A program made the position numbers and the translations under genes. A DNA stretch of 63,183 nucleotides, the filler included, from Aduncisulcus paluster (lineage: Eukaryota): assembly GCA_024181965.1 (NCBI GenBank). It is 5 parts of 5 records of this genome, joined end to end, with 100 filler letters (N's around TTAATTAATTAA, not from the genome) between each part and the next. Parts side by side here need not be neighbours in the genome. Positions count along the whole stretch, not along the records: positions 1 to 26,269 come from BQXS01012699.1; 4 more parts are not named here. One strand, written 5' to 3'. The stretch's first letter is position 1. Each line of letters begins with the position of its first letter. Under the pieces are notes generated by a model. That model saw nothing but the letters and a program-made list of their open reading frames with translations, made no database searches and had not been told where the DNA came from. Below, in pieces: positions 1 through 11,418 of the stretch.

Positions 1-1
1 C

Positions 2-103
2 ATGAAGAGAAGACATGCCGACACTGATCTATCTTTATCTCAACATTCTCAAACAACTCACTCCTCATCCTCCTCTGCCTCTTCTTCCTCTTCATCTTCC
101 TCT

Positions 104-135
<32 letters not shown>

Positions 136-2161
136 TTCCTCTTCCTCTTCACTTGCTGGCAATTTACCTGATATGCTTCGTTTGTATAGAGTCTTCCCGA
201 TACATCCAAATTCTATTGTTCCTCGTTCAATACAGCTAATTGCACAAACCATCTCACAAAAAATGAATCTATTTTTAGATAATGAGGTTGAATTGAGAAA
301 CAAAGAAGAGTTGAAGAAGAAGAAGATGATGATGGAGAAGGAGAAGAACCCCGAAGATGGAGAACAACAGGAAATAACACCTACTGATTCTAAAAATAGC
401 ATTAGAAATGATATTCTTAAACGCCTTATATACGATCGTAATCATGATTCCGGATGTCTCCGTGGATTATGCGTTAGATTATGTGTTGAAGAAGTTCCAC
501 AAATAGAATCTGAGAAACTATGGATCAACCAGAGTGAAGAGAAGAAAGAAGATATTGAAAGGAAACAAGAAGCGGCCAAACAATCGGAAGCAGAAATGAA
601 GAAAGAAGGAGAAGAGAAAGGAGAAGGAGATAAATCCTCCACGATTGTTGATAGATCTCCACTCTCACTTCCATACCATCCTTCATTCATTAACTTGAGC
701 CAGCCTTCTTCCTTGCTGTCAAAGGCTTGTCTCTGTATGATATATGTTAATGCAAAAGAGAAAGAAGAGCCCTTATGCAAACAAGCTATCGAAGTCATAC
801 GTGATGGCTTGATTGAATCCTGGACTGAATATGTTTCTATGATGAAGCCAAAAGAACATAAAAGAGAAAAAGAAGAAGAAGAAGAAGAAGGAGAAGAGAT
901 GCTTATGAAGAAAGAAGAAGATTATCTATTATCAATCTTTCTGGCTTCTCTTCCAACTCAACACGGAAGCCCAGATAATGAATCTCAATTGGAACATTTA
1001 TCTGGACCTCTGCATATTGTGCAGAGATTGTGCAATACTAATCTTTGTGTACGACCCCTATCTTTCTTACAAGTGAATATTCCCACTGCTAATCTTATGT
1101 ATGCAAGAATAGTGGCTCTGGTGCTTCAATCAAGGCCACGAATGCTATTTGATGTGTGTTGTGGTACTGGATCTATCGGATTAGCAATAGCAGTCGAAAT
1201 GAGGAGTAGGTGGAGAAGAGCAAGAGGGAAAGAACTAAAAATAGAACAACCATCTGCTGAGTTCTCTGAGAAAGAACATGAGTTCTCTGAGAAAGAACAT
1301 GAGTTCTCTGAGAAAGAACATGAGTTCTCTGAGAAAGAACATGAGTTCTCTGAGAAAGAACATGAAATTACGAGCGGTGATGATAATGATAATGATGGTG
1401 ATGATGTGATGAAACAATTCTATATATATGGAGTTGACATTAATGAATCTTCCATCAAAGATGCTAGAGAGAATGCAAGATTAAATGGATTTATATGTAG
1501 TGATGAGAAAAAGGGAGAAGTTATGAAAGGAGAGGGAGATAGAAAAAGAGATGATGAATCCATGGATGGTATTCACCTTTCATTTGTATGCGGTCCTGCT
1601 GAAAAGAAACTAAGTAGTTTAATCAAACAATCAACAAAGATTATTTCCTCCTCTTCCTCTTCTTCCTCTTCATATTCACCGCGAGGTCTTAGATGTGTGG
1701 CTGTTGTGGACCCTCCAAGGAGTGGTCTGCACGGATCTGTTGTTAAGTTATTACGGAACAATGAACATATTGAACGTATTGTGATGGTATCTTGTTCCCC
1801 GTCTTCTTTGATGCGTGATATGAAAGCCCTATGTGCGGTCACAAACAAACATTCATATCCATTCATTCCTGTCTCTCTAGAAGTCTTTGACATGTTCCCG
1901 CATACTCCACACCAAGAGACTGTAGTTGTTCTTGATAGAAGTGGAGATTGCACTGGAAATCCACGTTCATTCCTCGTGTCTGGGCTTAGTAATGAAGCCA
2001 AACGAGAACTGAACAAAATGAAAAGAAGAAGAAGAAGAAGGAGAGAAGAGAAGGAGAGAAGGAGAAATGGTGCAAGAAAAGGAAGGAGAAGAAAAGGAAG
2101 GAAAAGAGAAGGTCATTGGAACTCAGCAAGAACAACATATTGCAGTAGGGAGAGAGTGTAG
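2..2161 (+). CDS. TRM2: tRNA (uracil-5)-methyltransferase, Trm2/TRMT2/RlmD family (5' end probably outside the window)
   Basis: Family motifs in order: SFLQVN, SAM-binding FDVCCGTGSIG, VVDPPRSG, catalytic VSCS and DMFPHTPHQE. The poly-Arg C-terminus looks like an out-of-frame GA tract, so the true end may be the frame stopping at 2261. Confidence 0.85.
1259..1363 (+). repeat. Perfect 21-nt tandem repeat x5 (EFSEKEH) inside the methyltransferase
   Basis: GAGTTCTCTGAGAAAGAACAT is repeated five times in frame. Confidence 0.95.
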
Positions 2162-2455
2162 ATATATTGTTAGTGGAAGATATAATAATATTCCTCCTTT
2201 ACCTCTCGAAGATGATGAAGAAGGCAGAAGAATAGTCCCAAGGCAAATGAGAGAGAAATAACTGAATTTTTGATAGTTATATTGAGTCAATGGTTTATTA
2301 AACTCAGTTTAAACTTTAAACTTTAAACTGTTTAAAAGTCCTAAAACCTTTTGAGAATTTCTCTTCAGAATTCTGAAGTTCAGAATTAAGACTCTGAATC
2401 AGAGTAAATTTTATTTTTATTTTATCGAATCAAATTCAAGATTATTCCGGGGCTT

Positions 2456-2869
2456 TTATTCTTTGAGTTTGGCATATTCTTCATCCGTCACAGGCTCTTT
2501 CCATTCTACGGTCCCATCTTTGGCAGGAACATTGATTGCAATGTGAGAGAACCAACTATCTTTTGTTGCACCATGCCAGTGGTTAGTTCCAGCAGGGATC
2601 TCGACAACATCTCCGGGCTTTAGCAGACGAGGAGCTTTTCCTTCCTCTTGGTACCATCCAAAACCAGCGGTACAAAACAAAACTTGGCCACCTTTGTGAT
2701 GAACATGCCAGTTATTCCTACAGCCTGGTTCAAAGGTTACATTAAAGGACAAGAGACCAATATCCTTAGAAAGGATGGATAAGTAACTGTCTCCGATAAA
2801 ATATTGCTTGTATGCTTCATTTTTAATCCCTAAGGGGAAAATAGGGTCAATATCCATCTTATCGCTCAT
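2456..2869 (-). CDS. Bacterial-type cupin-domain protein (137 aa from MSDKMD)
   Basis: NVTFEPGCRNNWHVHH...GGQ and PGDVVEIPAGTNHWHGA cupin motifs, plus YFIGDSYL and WKEPVTDEEY, typical of small bacterial cupins. Intronless. The partial second copy at 3072-3345 is a gap-overlap duplicate. Confidence 0.85.
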   Translation of the reverse strand: MSDKMDIDPIFPLGIKNEAYKQYFIGDSYLSILSKDIGLLSFNVTFEPGCRNNWHVHHKGGQVLFCTAGFGWYQEEGKAPRLLKPGDVVEIPAGTNHWHGATKDSWFSHIAINVPAKDGTVEWKEPVTDEEYAKLKE

Positions 2870-3578
2870 TTGTTTGAGAAATTTAAACTTTAATAAAATG
2901 TTCGGAACAAAAATAGTAAATATTTGTTGTTCATGGAAAATGATAGAACGCAATCATTCAGGAGAAAATGATTCGAAAAAAAATTATCTAACATTAAAAC
3001 AATCAAAAAAAAGGGGGAAATTACTTCCAGATATAATCGACTATATCATTTNNNNNNNNNNNNNNNNNNNNGATAAGTAACTGTCTCCGATAAAATATTG
3101 CTTGTATGCTTCATTTTTAATCCCTAAGGGGAAAATAGGGTCAATATCCATCTTATCGCTCATTTGTTTGAGAAATTTAAACTTTAATAAAATGTTCGGA
3201 ACAAAAATAGTAAATATTTGTTGTTCATGGAAAATGATAGAACGCAATCATTCAGGAGAAAATGATTCGAAAAAAAATTATCTAACATTAAAACAATCAA
3301 AAAAAAGGGGGAAATTACTTCCAGATATAATCGACTATATCATTTTATCTCAATCTAAAAACGAAAAGGTAGATCCACCTTGTTGTTAGCTTTCAAAATC
3401 GAAAGTTTGTATTATCTTCGTTAGTGGTGCATATTTGATATTTTTATCGGGTACAAAATATATTTAATAATGTTTATTATCAAATAAGCCGATCTAAAAA
3501 CCTGAATTCATATTATATCAAAATTTCTGACTGGAATGTTCCCAAAGACGTTATTGACTTCACTCAATGTAAAAAAAT

Positions 3579-6500
3579 ATGTTTAAATTTTCTTTGTCTC
3601 GATTTGATAAATATATTTGTGATGATTCCACCAGACTTTTTGCGAATATTCGAAGGTCAATTTGTAAAATTGTGTCTCGGAGTCATTCTCAATTTGTTTT
3701 GTTCCATAAGTTTGTGTTTATTGTATCTAAAAAGGGAGAATCCTTTTCTTGCGTGTCTTTAACACCTCCATCCTCAGAATTTGGCGGTTTAGATGATTGG
3801 ATATCTACATCTGATATTGATAATTCTTTTGTCATATTTGGATCTTTCTTAGGGTATAAACAAAACATTCAATCTTTTCAATCTATTTTATACCCCTCAG
3901 CTTCTTTTTCTCCAATCCCAATTTCTGGATTTTCTCGGATCCCTGGAGGAGGAGTTGTTGGAGCTCTTTGTGACGATAGAATCCTTTTAACGACCTGGAA
4001 CGAGACTATGGCCATCCCTTTCTCTGAGTTTAAGACCGGTCTTCCACCAGTACTGAATCCTGCTGATTTTCAGGATGAGCAAAGTTTTAACGAAGCATAT
4101 TCAAGTTATTTGCCTGTTTTAGGAGCCAAAGAAGAACAATGGAGGGAACAATATTCATTAGATTGCGACATTAAGAATTCATTTGACACCATTGTGGCTC
4201 CGAATGATGGAACTATCGATATTGATGTGTTTGTAGCCAATCGATCACTTTATGTACTTCCAAAGGGAAGCAACAGACCAATCATCCTCGATTTATTACT
4301 ACCCTCATCTCGTGAAAAAGAAAAAGAAGAAGAAGGAGAAAAAGAAAAAGAAAAAGAAAGAAGAAGAAGAAGAAAGAGAAAGAGAAAAGGGGATGATTGG
4401 AAAAGATGATTCAAACCCTCCTCAATGCAGCAAACAATCACTGATTCATGTGAATTTGAATCGTTTTGGTGTCTCTGTCATCGTTGTCCCTCGTTCATCT
4501 CCATTACTTCCAAAGACAAAACACTCCGATGAACATGAAAAGATAGTTCGTGAGCAATCTGAATATTCAAGTCCAAGAGGGGTATATAAAGGATTTAAAA
4601 TGGCATATATCGTGTATTGTTGTTCTGGATCATCTGTATATTCATTCCCTCTTCCTTCTCATGATACTCTTCTCTCGCTGTTCCCCCCAAGTTCATCCCC
4701 ACAATCTGTTGGTTCTTCTCTATCCAAATTGTCCATCCAATGCTCATCGTGGAATTTCTTTGAGAAACCAGTTGTTAAACCGTGTAGTCTTCCGGATTGC
4801 ATTATTATTGAAGGAATTATATCAGATCCAAGTGATAAGTATCTTGAATGTGTCAAACGTTCATTCGATGTATTTTTGCTTGAAGTACAGGGGAAAACAA
4901 GAGAAAGGAAAGAGGAGAAAGGAGATGAATTATCTCGAGATGATGATTGTGAATCAAGAATTTCTATTTATTCTGAATATTTTGATGTTATTTCTGAAGA
5001 TTTTGATGTGTCCAAATACCTTTCTGATTGCATGAAGCTTCCAATTCCACATATCATCGATATTTCTAATACATTTATTGACTCATCAGGAGCGTTTTCA
5101 AGTATTGATTTAGCTGATATTTCCGTATCTCCTTTGGTATTTTTGAAGAATAATCATATAACAAACTTTATTCTCAATGACATTGTTGAGAAAGATCCAA
5201 AAACAATTGGAAAATCGGCAAAAACAGAATTTAAGGAATATCAACAACCAACGTTATGTTTTGTCCTTTCTGATCGAGCTCAATCGAAATCATATGCTCT
5301 TAAATGTCCCAATATATATTCTCTGTTAACTAATTTCTCCATTCCACTTGGATCTTGCATTAACATGGCTCTTGTAGAAGCTCTAACCTCAATGAAAGAA
5401 TGGATTCCACCTGTTCCATGGGCATTTACCCAGTTCTCTGAAAGTGATATGGAGAAGATTAAATCGATGAATTATAGAATACCTGGGATGAATTCTCCAT
5501 ATAAGCTTGCATATTCGCCTGAGTATTATCAAATATCGGTTGGAATCGTGAAGAACGAATCCGATAAGGAACCTAAATTTAGAACAAGACAAGGAATATT
5601 AACCGATTTGAAGATTCAACAACAAACCAAAACAATTGGTACTAATCCAGATATTTTTAAAGAAGAAGAAGTGGAAGAAGTGGAAGAAGTGGAAGAAGTG
5701 GAAGAAGTGGAAGAGATCTCACCAGATACAATTATACAACCTCTTTCTCTGTCCGATAAACACCATAGTCAACGCCTTATAATCGATTCTAAGAGCGCAA
5801 TTATGGGTTCTGGCACACTTGGGCATGTTCCTTTTGATCTTAGGTCACCCGATTTTATTGAAATATCTCTCTCAGAGCTTGGAGATTTTATCGGAGCCCC
5901 AATTGTAAGTGAAATTCCTGTTGGAGGTGCAATGCGTGCATGGTTTATGCTTGGTTATCAGAACGGACGAAGGGACGGGACTGTGACATGTGGGGAAGTT
6001 TCAGATAGGATGTATGGAACGTCATGTCTGGGTGGAAAATGGGCTGGAATACCCTGCATTACTCCTGAAGCTATTGAAAAGTATGCAAGGGGAGATAAGC
6101 TGAATGAATCGATGGATATTTCATTCCATTGGCGAGATGATCTTCGGCCAGATATCATTTCTATCGGTTCTAGCCGGTCTGATGTTATAGTATCAACCGT
6201 TGAAGAAGAAGAAGAAGAAGAAGAAGAAGAAGAAGAAAAACAGGAAAGATATGATTCAAAAATTGATACATCTGACAAGAATACCATCATTTTAGGCTGT
6301 CCTGATCGTGGATATAATAGAATGATCAAGAATCTTCGTCCAGGTGATTGGATTTGTTCTCATGTCATTCGTGATGATAGAGTGGGAGCCTGTCAGATGA
6401 TCCATGGAGATTTTTATCAGGATGAAAGTTTTTATTTTTCCCCCGAATTAATTCCAATTTCCATTCCAGATTCCACGATAGAAGGAAGAGAAGGAGGACA

Positions 6501-6921
6501 ACATCCGATTATAACATGCCCATATGAGACAACGTGTCCGCACGAGCTTCCTTATCCATTAGCCGGGGGAAGTGAAGGAGTTGAATGGAAACAATTGTCA
6601 CAAACAATAGAGTGTACTGAAGATTGGGCAGGGTTTTTTGTTTATTCTATTTTTAGAAATCAATCTCAAACTGTTGCTATCCATGGTCTCTCTCCATCCA
6701 AGAATAACCTTGGTTCCTTGCTTCCAAAAGGTCAGGTTGTGACGTTTGAAAGCGTTCTAGGAACATTGGATGACCATTCAGGTGATATTACAGTTTCAGT
6801 ACCTGGTGGATGGAAGTGCAAATGTGGGTGGGGTTCTGGTCAGTACCCTGTCTTCATTGCAAGAGATCAGAAAGAGAAAGCAATCGCAATTCGGATGGTA
6901 TTCATATCAGAACAAAGTTAA
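3579..6921 (+). CDS. Large hypothetical protein with one frameshift in the GA tract at about 4310-4390; C-terminus resembles DUF4241
   Basis: ORFs 3579-4409 and 4252-6921 overlap across a purine tract. The ending GWGSGQYPVFIARDQKEKAIAIRMVFI recalls the GxGDGxYpv...ivaixixF end of DUF4241, from memory only. Confidence 0.55.
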
Positions 6922-7625
6922 GAATCACCGTCTCGTTTGTAGTATCACAAAGGCTTGACAAAGCTACAAGAAGTGACAAGGAAGTGATGTGTCTAAGCTG
7001 TGTAGCGTTGAGAAAAGTGATGTTGAAGCAAATACTGAGCCAGGTTTGACACAGCCTGTGTCAGACAAAACAAGAAAACGGAAACCAAGAGTTTGGAGAA
7101 CTATCAACCCTTACTAGTTATTCTCTTCTGCCACGTCTTACCCTCACTCACTCTGTCACATCTCGACGTATTCTTCTAGGGGAAGAGACCAAACGTCTGA
7201 GAGAAAGAGAGAAGAAGAGGAAGGATGATGTGTTATTGATAATGAAGACTCTGAGATTATCCGTACCATCAGCAACATCGATGGTGTTGCTGGTTTGGAT
7301 AGACTCCACAATATACCTCAGTCAAGACAGCCAATCTCAACTCCTCTTCTATCTGTGTGGAGAAGAGAGGCAGAAAGAGTCAGCAAAGAAGTCATGGAGA
7401 CAACTGGTCTTGGCAGGGCTCAACAAAGATGCTATTCCGCCTGAGTTAACATTTGCACCCTCACACTGGCCTTGGCCAATGGCCATCTAGAATCTAGGGA
7501 ATTATTAATTTTATTTGGAATTTTCACCATCGTGTCATCCAATAAATACGATAGACCACCGAACTATCGTTGAACTGTGACATACTATCATCTTTCTCAA
7601 TTTATAACACATGATAATCCGAGAG

Positions 7626-10577
7626 TTACTCAGGAATTCCATATTTTGAACGAAACTTTTTTATCATGTTATCAACATCTGGATATTTCCAACCCTTCCC
7701 TATCTTTGGAAGCAGATGTTTGATGGATTGTACCTTCTCACGAGCTTCATGAACATTCATGCGTTCCTTAACATCGAGTTTGGTGAGACCTTGGAACACT
7801 TCATTCAAACATTCATGCACAGGTTCATACTTCCCACCTTCAATAGTCATGAGAGATTTGAAGAGAGGTGAACGAGATAGCATTGTGCTCAAAACATCAT
7901 CTTTAAGCAGATCAATCACAATACCAACATACTCCATACTTTCTCGAGTGCATTTATACAATGCTGGATGATCAATAAAAGGATGTTTGCACAAGAACAG
8001 GGCAAGAATAGACATTCCAAGAGAATGGGCATCACCGAGTTGTGTTTGTTCACCATATTTAAGCCCTTCGAATGAGGAATATACAATTGTCCCAGCATAT
8101 GATTGATAACTAGATTGAGATGATGAGCTTGTTGAGGAAGAAGCACCGACAGGGGAGGAGGAAGTAGAGAGAGTAAGATCTGTGAGGAAAGATGAGGATG
8201 AGAAACTCTTGCAGACAATAGAGGAGGAGATTGAATCGTGGATCTGAGCAAATCCAAGATCACCAAGGACAACAGTGCAATCTCCATCTTTGGGATCAAC
8301 ACGAACAAGGAAGTTGTTTGGTTTGACATCTCGATGAACAAGACTTCTCTTTGCTGTAAACACATCATCAAGACACTCAATCATCCCAATACAGAGAGAA
8401 CATACTTTCACAGGGTTTAATGTCATGGGATCAATATGAGTTGTATCATGTTCACTCTCCTTCTTTTCACTCTCATCTCTAACATCCTTTGCTTTTATAT
8501 ACTCACCATCATCACACCAACTCCTTGCAAAATCCCTAACACTACCTCCAGCACAAAATTCCATGATAAATCCAGCACAATATTCCATGATAAATCCATA
8601 TATACCTTTCATATCTGCATCAAGAAGATCAAGAATATAAAGAGGACGTGGGATACGATGATAACAATTTGGGTGGTTAAACAACCTTCGTTGCATTTTG
8701 AACTCATTTCGGCATCCACGAACAACATTCGAATCAGCAACTTTAAGCATCTTCTTCAGAACACAAGGACAAGAAATTCCCTGAACTTTCACAAGTTGAA
8801 CTTCACCAAAGCCACCACGACCAATTATACACCGTGGAGATATATTTGAAGAAGAAGTAAGAGTGAACGAATCACGGGGAGAAAATACAACTTTAGGGAT
8901 CGTTGAGAGAGGTCTATTCTTCTTCCTATCTCCAACATAAGCGCCAACCCACCTTGGAGGACTTAATCTCCAATCTCTCTCCTTTCTAACAGGAATTGGA
9001 GCACTATATCTGAAACATTCTTGAACCTTTGGATCATGACTTTGGCATTCTTTCCATTTTATCCACTCTCCTGTCTTTAAATCTTTCAGGTGAACAACAA
9101 GTTTATACTCATTAGAAGAGTCAATGGAGTGACGGAACTTTTCAGGGATATATCCAACAAAACAATTAGCGAATTCAACAGGGTCTGCATGGTTATCATC
9201 TTCTTCATCAAATGTAAACTCAAACATACGGTACCCTTTCACAATTGAGGTGATATCTGGAAGATATCTTGGAGATGAACTATCACAATCTATTGGTGGT
9301 AACACACCTTCTCTGAAAGCATCAATCATCTCTTGTGAAACATCTTTCTCCTCCCAATAATGAGGGCATCTTAAAAGACGAATTGTAGATCCATAAGATT
9401 CTTTAGATTCTTCTTCTTCCTCAATAATCTCTTTCATTTCCTTTGATAATCCTTCAGTTGCAACGATTTCTTCAGGAAGAGTAAAAATAAGGGAGGATAT
9501 CCAGAAATATCGACATTTCTTCGCTTTCCAAGTTCCTTTCCCTTCAATCTCACACAATACAACATTCGGCAAATCAATAGGAAGGAAGTGCCATTCAAAT
9601 AAACGTTTAGGTTCTATGAATTCATACTTCTTGGATGTCTTCTTGCCATCACAATCAGTGAAAGTGAAGAGGAGAGACGGTGGACTATATTGATTATGAA
9701 CACAGATATAAGCACCTTTCATAGGACTTGGGGATGGGAAAGGTATAGAAAGATGGGATAAACATTTTCGTACAATATACTCCCCAGATAATATTTCTTG
9801 GGCAATTAAACTCTTATCATACTCCTTAGATTCCTTACAATAGTTCACATCTCTCCCCTTGACTTTTGAGATTGAAGGGTATATAATTGATGGATCATTA
9901 CAAAGAATGGGAAGAAAATCTCTACCTTTATATTCATGATCTGCTTTCTGTACAAACTCTGCTTTCACAACTGGAGATTCAGCCCATGGTTTCTCTTTGG
10001 ATTCTCGAACAAAGATTTCTTCAAGAGTTTCCTCTCTAAAGAAAACGAGGGATTCGATAACAAAATGTTCCTTCTTTCTTGCTTTTCCAGTAACCTCACA
10101 CATGACAACATCAGGAAGATCAATAGGAAGGAAGTACCAATAATCACTATCAAATTTAGTAAATTCGTATTTCTTGGATATTTTCTCACACCTTGAAGAT
10201 GTGAAAGTAAAGATAAGATGTGACGGAGTGTGTTTGATGGGGTAAGAATGAATTTCTTCTTCTGTTAATCTGATATAGGCACCTTTCATTGAGGAAGAGG
10301 AAGAGAAAGGAATGGAGATATGGGTAAAGTTTTGATAATTACCATTCCCCGTCATCATTCTTTGTGCATTAGAACTCTGATCAAATTTTTTATCACCTTC
10401 TTCTTTGGTTCTATCTATTGCTTTGATGGTATTAAATTCTGGACTGATAATATGCGGAGCATCAAGAGGAATTGGAAGGTAACCATCATTTCCTTTATGA
10501 ATAAATTTGGGTTGAATTGTAGTTCCACATTGAACTACGTCATCTTTTATGCTTAAAGAGGAACCGACACTACCCAT
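7626..10577 (-). CDS. Ser/Thr-type protein kinase with two N-terminal beta-rich repeat domains and an unknown inserted domain
   Basis: Intact 983-aa ORF with IGRGGFGEV, VLKK, HRDVKPNN, DLG and YAGTIVY. Two copies of the SHLSIPF..KGAYI..FTFT..KKYEF..WHFLPIDL domain. The MGSVGSS start fits an N-myristoylation pattern. Confidence 0.9.
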   Translation of the reverse strand: MGSVGSSLSIKDDVVQCGTTIQPKFIHKGNDGYLPIPLDAPHIISPEFNTIKAIDRTKEEGDKKFDQSSNAQRMMTGNGNYQNFTHISIPFSSSSSMKGAYIRLTEEEIHSYPIKHTPSHLIFTFTSSRCEKISKKYEFTKFDSDYWYFLPIDLPDVVMCEVTGKARKKEHFVIESLVFFREETLEEIFVRESKEKPWAESPVVKAEFVQKADHEYKGRDFLPILCNDPSIIYPSISKVKGRDVNYCKESKEYDKSLIAQEILSGEYIVRKCLSHLSIPFPSPSPMKGAYICVHNQYSPPSLLFTFTDCDGKKTSKKYEFIEPKRLFEWHFLPIDLPNVVLCEIEGKGTWKAKKCRYFWISSLIFTLPEEIVATEGLSKEMKEIIEEEEESKESYGSTIRLLRCPHYWEEKDVSQEMIDAFREGVLPPIDCDSSSPRYLPDITSIVKGYRMFEFTFDEEDDNHADPVEFANCFVGYIPEKFRHSIDSSNEYKLVVHLKDLKTGEWIKWKECQSHDPKVQECFRYSAPIPVRKERDWRLSPPRWVGAYVGDRKKNRPLSTIPKVVFSPRDSFTLTSSSNISPRCIIGRGGFGEVQLVKVQGISCPCVLKKMLKVADSNVVRGCRNEFKMQRRLFNHPNCYHRIPRPLYILDLLDADMKGIYGFIMEYCAGFIMEFCAGGSVRDFARSWCDDGEYIKAKDVRDESEKKESEHDTTHIDPMTLNPVKVCSLCIGMIECLDDVFTAKRSLVHRDVKPNNFLVRVDPKDGDCTVVLGDLGFAQIHDSISSSIVCKSFSSSSFLTDLTLSTSSSPVGASSSTSSSSQSSYQSYAGTIVYSSFEGLKYGEQTQLGDAHSLGMSILALFLCKHPFIDHPALYKCTRESMEYVGIVIDLLKDDVLSTMLSRSPLFKSLMTIEGGKYEPVHECLNEVFQGLTKLDVKERMNVHEAREKVQSIKHLLPKIGKGWKYPDVDNMIKKFRSKYGIPE

Positions 10578-11418
10578 GGATTTTTATATCTATAATAAAA
10601 ATAAAAGTTCATTTTATAAAAAAATTCCGCCACAATTATTGACAATGAAGTGAGTTTCAATGAGGAAATGACGACAAAAACAGCCAGCGAGAGAACAAGT
10701 GAATAAAATGGGGTGATTATGGATTGACAAGAATTTAATATCCAATAAACAAAAAATTATGACATACAATATTTTCAATATTTCTTTTACAACGGGAAGA
10801 AATGAAGTTTCAGAATTCAAAACTCTGTATAATAGCAATGCAAGATGACATTGCAGAATATATCGATTAAAAAATATAAATGTTTTATTTCTAACATATA
10901 TTGGATACTAGTCTTGCTATTCCACTCCTGACTCAAAATCGTTTCATAACTCCCGAGTTTTGTTCACATATTGCATTGTAAAGTTACAACATATGATGAA
11001 AAGTTATGGATTTAATCGATAAATATCATTGATTCTCGACAAATAGTCACAATTAATGGAATCACATTTTCTCTCTGTATACCGTTACCTTTTGGTTTGA
11101 TTTCGTAGTTGTGCACCAAATCATGATGATTCCATATCATATAATGCCGATACAACTCCATCCAAACCCTCTATTATGCTCTAATATCCCATAGACTAAA
11201 TTCTAAGAAATTTCGTTCAACTAACTACAAAGTTTGTATACAACCTAGAAACCTCTCTATCATATCAGCATTTTTATTAATTAAAATGGAGTTGATCTAA
11301 ATTAGGTTTGAAGTTATTTTTATTGTTGAATTACTTGAGGGAGAAGATATTTTTGTATAAGGTCCTTATCAAAATGTATTATTTTTCTAAGCTGCACTCA
11401 AGAATATATATAATCCTT

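Noticed and set aside
1259..1363. Short direct repeats (also 52748-53026) as CRISPR-like arrays
   Set aside because: No unique spacers. The units are contiguous, multiples of 3 and inside ORFs.
6925..7490. Coding-like intergenic stretch with short ORFs
   Set aside because: It may be a decayed gene fragment, but the frames contain stops and I cannot recognise any motif.
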